From positions 5,518,001 through 5,582,000 of the forward strand of contig CM022670.1 of NCBI GenBank assembly GCA_012295275.1: DNA of 64,000 nucleotides. The letters are read 5' to 3'. The DNA comes from Chrysomallon squamiferum (Eukaryota > Animalia > Mollusca). This document shows positions 12,811 to 24,843 of this stretch, piece after piece. How positions within the stretch are numbered: the stretch's first letter is position 1; each line of letters begins with the position of its first letter. The notes under the pieces are model-generated. The model was not told the DNA's origin. It did not search any database and saw only the letters and a list, made by a program, of their open reading frames with translations. The position numbers were made by a program, and so were the translations under genes.

Positions 12811-15800
12811 TCGGTGTACTTTAGTGGTGTGATTCAATAGTAATGGTAAAAAAAAAAATTTAGTATTTTTTATTCTTATTAATAAGAACCAGCAACATCA
12901 AAGAAAGTATTAGAAAGATTTAGATCTCATAACACACATCGCCATTATCCTGATATCAGCAGCAGTTGGCTCTTTACATCATCATGGTTACAGTTCTTCA
13001 TGACCACTAGTTTGTACATTTTTATTATTATTATTTTTTAAAATCTTTTTTATTTTTTCTCCTGTGGACAGTAATTCGTTTTTTGTTCTTACTTTAATAT
13101 CTTTATCATGAAATGCCAAGTTTTTCAAATGGTTTTCTTTCACTGTTTGCAGTAGTTATCAGATGCAGAAATTGGATAGTACAATTGTTGTGTAGTCTTT
13201 CAAAATATCTAAATATCTGAAGAAATATTTATAGTTAAGCAAACTATCTGTTTTTGTGAATTTTTTTATATTATCTTTCATTTATTTTTTATTTTAGTTT
13301 TGTTATTATTTTTATTTAACCATGATTAAAACAACTAAAAAGATGTATTACAAATATCACATCCATTTTAGACACGATATAAAACAAATGTTGCTTAAAT
13401 TTTTTCATTATTATTATTATTATTTTAATAAATAATAACTGAATATTTAATTTCAATGCCTTATGATAAATAATACTTATAATATTTGTTGATGAAACTT
13501 TTTCCATGCTTTTAATGTTCTTCATGTGACCTGTTTCATTAGAACGTACACAAAGTTGCTAATCATTTTACACTGGATCTCAAAAAAGCTTGTTGATTTT
13601 TAACTGGGTTTGTTTGTTCTTGTGTATTTGTATATTACTTATTGCAAGTTACAGACTTCAAAAATACATATTTACACTGATTTATTTTTGTAATTTTGTT
13701 TTTTTATTTCACTATAAATCTTTTTTTTACCAAATTGTATTTGTTTCTACTTTTTGAGTTGTGAGAAAACACACACACACTGTATTTTTGTTTATATTAT
13801 TTTAATAAATATTTTATACTTGTCAACACACACGTACACATGCACACACACACACACACAATCCACATACACTTGCCACTTACACATGCAGACATCAAAT
13901 ACACACCAAACATACACATATAACACAATATATACACACACATCTAGATACCCTCACACAAAAACAAAACACCCAACACTCACAAGGACTAAAAAAACAA
14001 AATTCACGAGTAACAAGATTATGGGTCACATTCATCAAGCTTCCAAATGAGAATTGTTCAAGTGTGATTACAGCCTGACTTTATTAGCAAACACTGACTG
14101 CAACTTAGAAAGTGTTTAGTTTTTACATGTGTTGTGTTGGCATAGAGTTGTGATTCTTAGAGTTGGCTTCCATTAATTATTTTATTTATTGTGTGTTTTG
14201 TGTGTTAAAAGTGGTATCTACTGTACCAGAGAAACTGAATTCTGCAAAATACTTCAAATTCGAACACAAAGATCTTCAGAAATTGTTCTTATTATTATTA
14301 TTATTTTAAATTCTATGCAAAGGGATAAAATAATATTCCTAACTGTATTATTACCTACCCTAACAATGATGATTATTATTTATTTTGTTTTTAAATTTAA
14401 ATTATTTTCCAAATGTTTTGTTTTAATAAAAATATTAATTAACAACAATTAATAAATATGTAAAATATAATTTAAAAAGTCATCTAAGATATATAAAATA
14501 AATAAATGGATAATTAGTCAAACAGTAATAGTTAAATCTAATATTACACTGGTTTGTTTTATGTTATAGATAGATCATATAAGATTAAATATTTTTAAAT
14601 TAAATTTTATGTTTTTCTTTTCTTTTTTTTCTTTGCTTATCATTAAAATTTAATTTTGATTTTAATTCATTTTATCATTATTTTAATTTATTTTGTATTC
14701 CAACATTAAATTATTTTTTCTTTCATATACAAATGTGAGATACATCATCATCATAGGTTATTTCCCTATCTTAATTTCTTGCCCCTGTTTCTTCATAAAG
14801 AATTTTCACTGCATTTAATTGATTAAAAATCTACTTTTCTCTCTCTTCATTTTCATATGAATTCACTCCAATTCCAGTTTGCATTGAATTTATATATATA
14901 TATATATATCTTAATGCCATTAAATTTTCATTATTATTTATCACCAATAATTTTGAAATGTGTTACATATTTTTATAATCATTTAACAAACCATATTTAT
15001 TTTTAATTTTTTGTTTTAAACTGCTTGTGTCAAATATAATTGAAAGAGTGTTATCTATAAACCTGTAACATTATACATAATTTTTTTAATTTCTTTTTGG
15101 TAATATTTGTTTCACAAATTCTTTTGTTTGCTTTTTACACTTGAACATTGGCTGTGATACTGGTAGCCTTACCTTGTTGCTATTAATAGGCAGTTATCTG
15201 TAAATAAAAATCTCAAAGTGTGTTTTGAATTTCGTGTGTTCTTTATTTTTGTTTTTTATTAACATAAACTGAAAAATTTGTTTATTACAAGTTGCAACCA
15301 AAACTCAAATAACAGTGAAACCAAAACTCAATCCAAAAGCATAAGAAAACAACCCCTCAAGTTGTGGGTCTTTGGCTGGCACACCTTACATGGAACATCA
15401 AAAGTCACCTAGAGGTACAGCATGCAATGTTTCCAGAACACCTATTGCATTAAAACAGTGCACCTGCCAATCAAAGTTCAGATGTCCTGACAGGTTAAAA
15501 ACAGCACTACAGATCCCAGCAAAAGTATGTTGATTACATACATAAAAACCTGTTAACAATAACCCAGATGATTCTATTTTCTTACACTATATTCACAAAT
15601 ACCCTATTCTGTATTGAATACTGCTAAATGTTAACATTCTCATTCTACATGTGTCAATTTTAAATATAATTTAGTATTCACAATTACCTTCCACAAATAA
15701 TGGAAATCAAACACAAATATGAATATTCATGATTAAGTAATGAATATTAATGTTATGAAAATGAGTACAGGGCAGGACTTTGAGAGATTCACAAACTGCT

Positions 15801-16865
15801 GTCTGCCTGGCCTGTTCACCTCACTGGATTCATCATCATCATCATCATCAACATGGACTCTGGTGTTGAGAACCAGTAACCGTAATCATTTTGTGATGCT
15901 GCGTTGCACACATTGTTGACGTTGCAGAACATAAAAACATGGCTCTAAATCTAAAATAGCTGACAGCACTACCTGCAGTCTATTGTTTATTGTTTAGTTC
16001 CAGAGTTGAATAGTCTTTCTGTTTGTTAGGGTAAATTAGGGTAGGATGTTGAGTTTGGGAATACATGCACACACATCATACAATATTTTATTACTGGATG
16101 ATATGCAAACAGCTCTCATGTGGTTTATGTATGTATATTTGTACTGAAGGTATTACACTGTAGTTACTGATGATAATGGTGAGCTTGCAGTTGGATTTCT
16201 GTCTGATATAGTTCATAATAAGGTGTGCATGCCATGAACACCATGGACATTGCTGTTACGATTTTTGTTTGCAACTGGGCAATAAATAAAAAAAAACCCT
16301 CCAAAACAAAATCAACGTAAATATATATAAATATTTGAATAAAACTTATAGGCATGAACTATTTATTATTCAGTGTACACTAACAAGCTGCAAAAATGAT
16401 TATAAACAACCAGAATTACACACACATGCACACACAGTCACACACACATATATACAAAAATAATATACTATTCAATGATAGAATTAGAATGCAGTTTGTA
16501 CTTATTATCATGGAATGTGAAAGGTAAGGAAAATCAAAAGGAAATGATTATTTAATTATTTATTTATATTAGTTTTATTATTTTCTAATGACATGTTCTA
16601 TATATTTGATGGAAGTGTGGAAACAGTGTTAAAGAATTCTCATGTGAAAAGGTGGACAGATAATATAATAAAACTATTCTTAGAAGAAATATCTATATAT
16701 GATAAATGAAAGATTCATTGAAACAGAAATTATTTTCAGATTTAAACTAAGATTCATCATTAACCTTCCCAAGTTAATAATTTTAAATAAAAGATAGTTT
16801 ATCTGTTATGAATTTTGCCAGGTGAATATTTTGAAATAAGAATAATTTTAAATTATTTCTTAATG

Positions 16866-17910
16866 TTTATGTGAAACTTTAAGTGACAACCCAGTTTATG
16901 TCAAACTTTAAGTGACAACCCAATTTATGTGAAACTTTAAGTGACAACCCAGTTTAGGTAAATCGATTATTAAACCTAACCTTTATGCTAAACCTAGCAT
17001 TAATCCTATGCTTAATGCAATGCCTAATAGTAATCTAACCCAAACACTAATACTAATGCTAAACCTATTGCTAATCCTGACACTAACCCTTGTATCAATA
17101 TGACAGATTAAGGTTTTATTCAGATAAAAGTTACCTTTAATTTTATTCTAAAACATTATAAACTTTACCAAATTATTATTATTATTTTGTTTTTTTAGCA
17201 ATCATTATAAAACTTATATGAAAACTCTTCACTTAAATAGATAATTAACGTGACCCAAACTATAACCCTTACAATAATGCAAACCCTAGCCCTAACCTTA
17301 CTTGTATCAATAAGATAAAGTAAGAATTCAATGAAATGAAAGTTATTTTATATTTTTTCATAACATTCATCATTTATTTTACCAAGTTATTTTTTTCGAA
17401 CAAAAGTGATATTAAACTTTACCTACCACTAATTAAAAACTTTACAATGATTTTTTTTTTAATGAAAGTTTTTTCTTTCTTTTTTCTTTCTTTTCTATTT
17501 TTTATTTTCTTTTATTTTATTATTATTAATTTTTTTTTATAATAACACTCATCATAAAATGTTATTAATGTTTACATGAAAAGTTTCTTGATATAAATAG
17601 ATAATTAAATCTAACCCTAAAGCAAACCCCAGCCAAACAGCTAATGCTCACCCTAACTGAAGCCACAACTTTATTTGTAATAATAGGATAAATTAAGGAT
17701 TTATTGAAACAAAAGTTATTTTACACTTTATCCGAACATTGATCATATAATTTTTCCATGTTTTATATATGAAGAGTATTTTCAGATAAGTAATACTACA
17801 CTAGCCCTAACCCTAATCCAAAGTCTAACCTTAACTCAGACTTAAACCATAATACTAATGTTTTCCTTACTGCTAACCCTAAACCTAAACCTAACCCTAG
17901 CCATAGCCTC
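16866..17910. repeat. Composite repeat: 3 x 30-bp tandem (tttatgtgaaactttaagtgacaacccag) followed by degenerate longer units rich in (a/t)aaccct hexamers; probably a non-autonomous DNA-transposon relic
   Basis: 30-bp tandem at 16866-16953. Blocks of ttgtatcaata..agataa recur near 17090, 17302 and 17675, interleaved with ctaaccctaa-like tracts. Confidence 0.6.
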
Positions 17911-18080
17911 ACATATATTGTTGACAAGACAAGAACTGAAGTTGTAGATAAATGTTATAAAAGTTGTTACTTAGAAGATTACTGAGTATATTTTCATTTG
18001 TGGAATAACAATGATGCTATGAAATAATGATAAATACAGTTATATTAGAATGGAATGAAAATGTGATTCATGAAAATAAA

Positions 18081-20045
18081 CTATGGATGAGGAAGGCAGA
18101 AACAGTATTTCTTCAAGTAATGACTATCCACACATTTTGATTGATCTCCAAAAGCATTAATTCGACTGATATCTCCGTCAACAGTGTATTTCTTTGTCAT
18201 CTCATCATATTTCACAGTCCCCTCAAACATGCCCTTACCAGGACTGCTTACAATGGTTAGCTGATAAAGAGAAAATGCTTCAGTTCTGCTGCCATAGAAA
18301 ACAGTTCTGTTGATGACATCGTTTTTACTTTTTTTAAAGTAAAGTACTTTATCATTTGGCATCATAAGTGATGCATCCACTATATTGGAAACTCTAAGTT
18401 TAGCACATTTAAATCTGTAATCGTTTAATATGTAGTTGAGTTCTGACACTAAGCACTGTGCTGCGTTCAGTGCCTTTTTAGAAGTATTTAATAACTTCTG
18501 CCTGGCGAAACACATACACCAATGGGGTTGTATAGAAGCGTCAAAACAAGACCGACTGTTGGGAATTTCTTTAAAAAATGTAATTCCTCTTTTTGACGTC
18601 TCTCTCTTCATTGTCTCTCCTTTGAAGTAGAGTATATCTTTTAAAGTTTCATAAACGTCAAAAGGAGTAGAAAGTCTTTTTGAATTCAAAAGTAGATTAT
18701 TCCATAAAGTGCGATATTTTCGTAAAAACCAGCGAGGAAATACAAAAAATAAAAAAGGTAGTCGTTCTTCCAGTTTTCCAACAAACGTATTACGAATTCC
18801 ACCATATCTATTTCCATGATCACTGAAGTAAATAAGTAAAGTGTTATCTAGTATTCCGTCATTTTTGATAGTCGTCAGAAAGCGAAAGTGAGGATCATCT
18901 GCCATTCCTGCGTCATTGACGTTGTCGTGGGAAAGTCGAGTAAGAAATGCAAACGCAAAGTATGGCTTGTGAATATTCTGAACAGTAAAGTCACGTACGT
19001 ATTTTAAAACAATATCAGACTCCATTCGATCTCCAACACAGTGGTGATCACGATTCCACAATGATTTCTGTTTTTCCATGGCAACGCTAAACGCTCTGTT
19101 GTAATAGTCTGCCGGGGCTTTATGGAAGCCTTCCTTGCAGTACGTAAAGATTGCGATTTTCGGTGCATCTTCGGCATATAAAGTTTTGAAACCATGCTTA
19201 GAATATTCTTTCCATATAAAATTATATTGGTCAAACGGTTTTTTCACCATGGTTTCATTCCACGGCAGTTCGTCCACGTACTTACCAGCCATCATCGGAA
19301 CGATGTTAACAAAAGTATTATCGGCAACTTTTGTATAACCAAGCATCTCAATGGCTCCGAGCTTTTCAAGAAATTGTTTTGTTTTAGGCATCTGTCGCAT
19401 GAAGTTCAGCCGGGATACGGAATCAACTCCTATCATCAATACATTTAAGGTTTCTTTTGGCTTATGTTGCTGCAGGTATTGCTGTAGTTTTGTTCTGCAG
19501 TCTCTCTCAACGTCAGGTTTAGGAATAACTATTGAGTGAAAGTTTGTGTATATTCTGCCTTCTGATCTGCTGTAACAATACACTCGTATAAATTCATGTT
19601 TTGACTGAATATCAGAAGAAAAAGGTTTTTCCAAAGGTCCATAAGTAAAATAGAAATCAGTTTCGTTGGGTCCTCTGATAATGGGCTGATATTTGCAATA
19701 TTTAAAATCACCTTTGTAATATTCATTTATGACAGTCCAGTTTAGTCTGAGCATTGGACCATCTTCAAAGGTTATCGAAGGTTTTCCTAAGCAGATAATT
19801 TTTTTCCGTATTCGTATAATATGTAAAATGGATTTGTCGAATGGATCAATGTCTGGTATTTTACAAGTCTGAGTGTCTATAAGAAAACCCCGTGAACTAG
19901 TTTCAGATGTGTGTAACTCCAGAAGGGGTATACTGGAACGGGAAAACACCTTAAACTCTAACAGAAAAGTTAATATCAGAAAAACTGCAAGTAAAACGAC
20001 CAGTCGAAAAAATCTCCTTCTGAACAACGTTATCTGGCCAGCCAT
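18081..20045 (-). CDS. DUF229-family (alkaline phosphatase/sulfatase superfamily) type II membrane protein, ~654 aa, single coding exon
   Basis: The ORF track gives 663 aa from a non-ATG start. The true ATG is likely 20045, which follows a splice acceptor ttacag|ATG. N-terminal RRRFFR plus hydrophobic anchor. Family motifs: NVLMIGVDSVSRLNFMRQMPKT, GYTKVADNTFVN, TLYAED, SHD, FSDHGNRYG, GKLEERLP, LSTPFDVYETL, RSCFDASIQPHWCMC, ISRINAFGDQSKC and KKYCFC. Confidence 0.92.
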   Translation of the reverse strand: MAGQITLFRRRFFRLVVLLAVFLILTFLLEFKVFSRSSIPLLELHTSETSSRGFLIDTQTCKIPDIDPFDKSILHIIRIRKKIICLGKPSITFEDGPMLRLNWTVINEYYKGDFKYCKYQPIIRGPNETDFYFTYGPLEKPFSSDIQSKHEFIRVYCYSRSEGRIYTNFHSIVIPKPDVERDCRTKLQQYLQQHKPKETLNVLMIGVDSVSRLNFMRQMPKTKQFLEKLGAIEMLGYTKVADNTFVNIVPMMAGKYVDELPWNETMVKKPFDQYNFIWKEYSKHGFKTLYAEDAPKIAIFTYCKEGFHKAPADYYNRAFSVAMEKQKSLWNRDHHCVGDRMESDIVLKYVRDFTVQNIHKPYFAFAFLTRLSHDNVNDAGMADDPHFRFLTTIKNDGILDNTLLIYFSDHGNRYGGIRNTFVGKLEERLPFLFFVFPRWFLRKYRTLWNNLLLNSKRLSTPFDVYETLKDILYFKGETMKRETSKRGITFFKEIPNSRSCFDASIQPHWCMCFARQKLLNTSKKALNAAQCLVSELNYILNDYRFKCAKLRVSNIVDASLMMPNDKVLYFKKSKNDVINRTVFYGSRTEAFSLYQLTIVSSPGKGMFEGTVKYDEMTKKYTVDGDISRINAFGDQSKCVDSHYLKKYCFCLPHP

Positions 20046-20151
20046 CTGTAACGATATTAATATGGACAGCAATTAACATGTTTTAAAAATTCTATTTGAA
20101 ATTATTGCATTTTACTTACTTGAATTTTAAATATCATCATCATCATCATCA

Positions 20152-20183
<32 letters not shown>

Positions 20184-21069
20184 TTATTATTATTGTTGTT
20201 GCTTTTGTTATGTTCCCCTAAGGATAAAATGAAATTGTATATTTTATTTAATTTTGATTATGTTAGTTTCATTTTGTACGATGCTACTAAAGATAATTCA
20301 TATATTCGCTACATTTAAACAAGTACGTTTAAAATCGCTCTTTGGGCCGATTATTCTTTTAAAATTTTGTACCGATTTCCGGTAACTGAATTTATCTAAT
20401 ACGACACAGTAGTTTTCTAGGAAATAAATTCTATTATATTACCATACCGAGGAATGGTTTCACTGAGTAAATGTGGCCATTTACTACATTCATAAAATAC
20501 TAGTTCGACCTCCGAGATCACGTGCTTGAATTTGTAATATGAAATATTCAGATAAATAAACGTAACTAATTACTTGACACTTTGTATTTGTATCCACAGT
20601 ATTATTCAAAATACAAGATACTATTTCTTTGTTTTATTTATTTATTTATTTATTTATTTATTATTATTATTATTATTCAAGTTAGAGAAATGTTATTTAG
20701 CGTGAATTTTAAAGATTGGTAACGTTTTGTAAATCATTTTGGATACATTATAATTATGTGTAGAGAATAATATCCACTTTCAGTGATTGCCATTCACCCT
20801 AAAAATTATGCTATATATCATTCATCCATTGACTGAGGCTGTTTGCAACATAGGATTTCTGTTTAAATATGATTAAATACAGTGTAAAACAAATATACAC
20901 TATTCATTTCCAAAGATACATTTTATTATCCGTTACAGACAATTTATATTTGGTGGTTTTTATGGTCAAACATTATTAGTATCAAAATCAGTTCAGAGAA
21001 CTAGAAGAAAAACCTATTTTACGTATTATTTTCATCCTGTTTTTGCCTAAGTTTATCTCACACGTAGTA

Positions 21070-21625
21070 GAGCAAGGTGGGGTAAAATGCCCCGTCAAGA
21101 TCAAATGCCTATCGGAATATATCAGATATCACGTGACGAATCCAATATTTGGAACTTCGATTTGAAAACTTGGTACTTTTATTTGAAAGAGAAACAGATA
21201 AACAGAACGATTAGTTTCTTAGGTCTGTTTGATTAAATTTGTCATGAGTTTAATAAAATACATATTTCCGTTTATTTAGTGTTATCGTGTACATTATCGT
21301 GTAAAGTAAACAGTATTTTTAGTGAAAGGATTTGCTGATTGATATAAACACACATGAATACAATCCCCTACTTTAACAAAAAAATGTGTGTGTGTGTGTG
21401 TGTGTGTGTGAAATAAAATAAGAAAAACTGTACTAATATATGGTTGTCACAATGGTGCATGACGCTTTTGGTTCGGCATTTCAACTCTTTGACTCTTTGA
21501 TTTATGTAAGATGTAATGGTTGTTAATGTAAAGGTGGGCGTTTGGCCCCAGCCGCTGATTTAAGTGGAAAGGAAGGAATTAAATAATTTCTTTAAAATGG
21601 TGGGCGTCTTGGTTCACTTTGACCT
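21070..21625. mobile_element. Degenerate MITE-like element
   Basis: The left end gcaaggtggggtaaaatgcccc (~21072) is an imperfect reverse complement of tgggcgtcttggttcactttgacc (~21601-21624). An internal copy gtgggcgtttggcccca lies at ~21534. Confidence 0.35.
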
Positions 21626-21956
21626 AATATAGTTCACCATTTACCTGACATATATGATAAATACTCCCATTCTTATAGCTGTTATTTTAAGAGTCATCTC
21701 CACAACAAAACCGTAGAAGACGTATCATTACTAATTAAATTACTTCTTCCAGTTCGTACAGCGAAAGCTTTTATTTTCTTTTTTCAAAAACAAATAAAAA
21801 ACAAATAATAATAAAAAGAAAGTGCATCGAGCGTTCTTAGTGATATCAAGGTAGGAAATGTGTACTACCTATGTTTGGATGAAGAATCATATCACTTTTC
21901 AAAGCATTTTGAAAAGAAAAAGTTAGAAACAGTTTTAAAAGTGTTTTGGTACTTAC

Positions 21957-21998
21957 GTCCGTATGGTTAGTCTTTGTCCGTGAAGAGTGCTATTTATA
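21957..21998 (-). promoter_or_regulatory. Putative TATA-box promoter and short non-coding first exon of the DUF229 gene
   Basis: The minus strand reads TATAAATAG (~21990-21998), followed ~35 nt later by a consensus donor GAC|GTAAGT at ~21957. This could splice to the acceptor just before ATG 20045. Confidence 0.45.
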
Positions 21999-22079
21999 AC
22001 CTGGCTGATTCCTGCAAATCGGCTGTATTCGCAGCAGAGGAATGCTACTTGGAACTACTGAGGACATTCGATTGAGATT

Positions 22080-22280
22080 AGAGGGGTGTAAGGGTTATAT
22101 CAAATATACTCACTGTTGCTCTGTGGTGTAGGTTATCATATCTGCAGTTACTCTGTGGTGTAGAGGTGATATCAAATATGCAGTTATTCTATTGTATAGG
22201 GTGATATTAAATATAATGTTACTGTATGATATAGGAGTATTAAATGTAACGTTACTCTGTGATGTAGGGGTATTAAACAT
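22080..22280. repeat. Degenerate minisatellite (~35 bp, ctctgtggtgtagagg..atatcaaatat)
   Basis: Five to six imperfect copies are visible. Confidence 0.65.
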
Positions 22281-23240
22281 ACTTCTACAAAAGCAAAAGG
22301 AAAATTCAGAAGCAAAGCTGTGATGAAGCGTGTACTAAGTGACCAAAAATATTTTATTCTCGAAAATTTAAAAATGGACAAACTACTAGTTCTGGAGTTG
22401 GTGCACATCAACTGGATGCGAGTTTTATCACGGGCCTGAGCTCCAGTCCTACATAAAAATAATAACCGGCCAGAAAATTTTCGGTTAATGTTTGCATCTG
22501 CGATTTCCAAGACTTTTCCATTTTCTGGACCAGTGCTCCTCCTTTTAATCAGTGTATTTGAGGATCATCACTACTGTTAATCTGTGGCGTAGAGATGATG
22601 TTAAATATACTGACGTTTACTCCATGGTGTTTATTTATTTATTATTAATATTATTTTGTTTGTTTGTTGGGGGTGAGTGCGACAACAATCCTATAAACTC
22701 GCTTTAGGGCTGCTCATGATTAAATAACCGTTTTCAATGTTTAACAAACACCCAACACATCTTTACACAACCGGTATCTATAAACATCTGTCAACAATTT
22801 AAGATTCTGATTATTATGTTATTCTTTAAGCAAATGAAATTTGTATGAAAATATTATGGATTTTTTTTTTATCTTATTTTTAACCATATTTACTTTGTTA
22901 TGACTCATTTAAAATTTGTATCCATTATTATTGTTGTTACTATGTTACAATCATCCTATAGTCTGAATAAGTAAGTGTCAGATGTTTTTGCATTTTTAGG
23001 CTGTTTATGCAATTTTTTCTTTATGTAATGATGTGGTTAATTTCATTTTTTTTATTTTTTTATTATTATTTAGGAATTGTGATACCACTTGTATCCAGTT
23101 GATATGCACCAACTCCAGAACTAATAGTTCGTCCATTTTTAAATTTTCCTGAATAAAATATTTTTAGTGACTTAGTACACATTTCACCACTGCTTTGCTT
23201 CTGAATTTTCCTTTTGCTTTTGTAGAAGTATTTTTAATAT
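22271..23240. mobile_element. Long inverted-repeat element (MITE/foldback-like), ~150-bp arms
   Basis: 22271-22419 (tacttctacaaaagcaaaaggaaaattcagaagcaaagc...tagttctggagttggtgcacatcaactggat) is the reverse complement, with scattered mismatches, of 23092-23240. No transposase ORF inside. Confidence 0.8.
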
Positions 23241-24843
23241 TCCGAAGAACAAAAAATAAAAAAATAAAAATCCCTCCAACATTTCACTTCCAAAATCAGA
23301 GTGAAATGTAGATCAGGTATTTAACTTTATTTGTGCAATTTGTAGTCTCATTATTATAACATTCTAGCATTAAAATATATTTTGAACTAACAACCAATTG
23401 TGATACCATATTTGTTTTTACTTGAGACTAGCATGGAAGCTGGACATAAGTTACAGTTTAGAATGCACTTTAAACAAAATTATTTGTGACATATGACACA
23501 GCTACTAAAATAGGAATCATTTACTGTGGCCTTGGTGCACAGGAATTTGACACGTGTTGCTTGAATTCAGCAATTTCAGTTATATTACTGACTGAGGTGT
23601 ATCAGTCATGTTACATAGTACAGATTTACTGCTTTGTTATTCAGGAGATTACAAAGGTGAGCTGACATCACACAAGTCAGCAGGTGAAATTCAGCTGTTT
23701 ACATCAGACCTGATATTGAAAACTGTTTGTGTTTTTACTAGCAGTTGCTAGTAAAGTGATCAACAAAGGGTGGCATCACTAAGTTAATTTTTTTTACCAA
23801 AATTTATGGCAAGGTATATAACATGTATAGACATTTTTTTTTTTTCTCTCTCTCTCTCTCAGTGTGTATGTGTGTGTAGATATATGTAAAATGAAAAGAA
23901 TTTGAGAAAATGCATCAGTGAACTAATTTAAATGTTTGGAAATATACTTATTTGATTCCAATGATAAGTAACACTAACTTTCATCATACCAATTTAATGT
24001 GCACACAGTTATGAATGACAATTTGCATATTACTAAAGTATCCCGAACAGAAATATTTACATTACTCAGCTCAGATAATTAAGATAATTATTATGCCACT
24101 AACCTGAAAATAAAACCTTTTAACAAAGTGTGATTTAAGAAGTAAATTTCTGTTTATGTCATATATACACATATATAAAAAATATACAAAAATACGGAAA
24201 TATTTATAATGAATTAATAAGTTAACATTCTTTTCACCACAAACTTTTTGATATATATATAAAATAACTTTTACCAATCTGTAGATTTTCAATGTCAGTT
24301 TGTATGAAATAGTCATTTTTAGACTGTGTGAAATACTGAGTGTTAGTTTGAAAGAAATATTAAATGCAAGTTAATTTGAAACAGTCAGTGTTAGTAACTT
24401 AATTTGCATGAAATATTCAGTGTCCACTATCGTTCAGTTATATTAAATATTAATCATTCTTCTTGGTCCATATTAAATGTTAAAAGACTGGATGGAATGT
24501 AGAATCTTCTGAACAACCTAGAAAAAAAAAAAAAGTGAAATATTATCAAAAAAATATTTTAATAAATGTATTTAATTATTACTAAACCACTTGAAACTTT
24601 CAGTCATTAAGTTAACCTGGTTTATCCTATTACAAAATAAACTTGTTTCATCAAATATAATAATACATTGATTACTGTCTCTTTACCAAAATTTAAATCA
24701 GTCTGTTCTGATATCTTAATAAATCACAACATTAATTTTTATTGGAATAATAGAATTATTTTTTTTCCCACAATTTGTCCATATTTTCTTTGTAAGTTTT
24801 ACACAGTAATAATAAAAAGGACAGATTATACCTAAACGTAGAG

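Noticed and set aside
15800-15875. Minus-strand mini-exon [13 protein letters not shown] flanked by AG/GT
   Set aside because: The acidic run comes from a (CAT)n microsatellite, and I found no partner exons in a compatible phase.
16970-17910. TAACCC-like tracts as telomere or interstitial telomere
   Set aside because: Highly degenerate, short and embedded in longer repeat units. They are more consistent with a transposon-derived repeat.
18081-20072. Long intronless ORF as a transposase, reverse transcriptase or bacterial contaminant
   Set aside because: The motifs are those of the eukaryotic DUF229 family, with a TM anchor and disulfide-type cysteines. A splice acceptor precedes the ATG.
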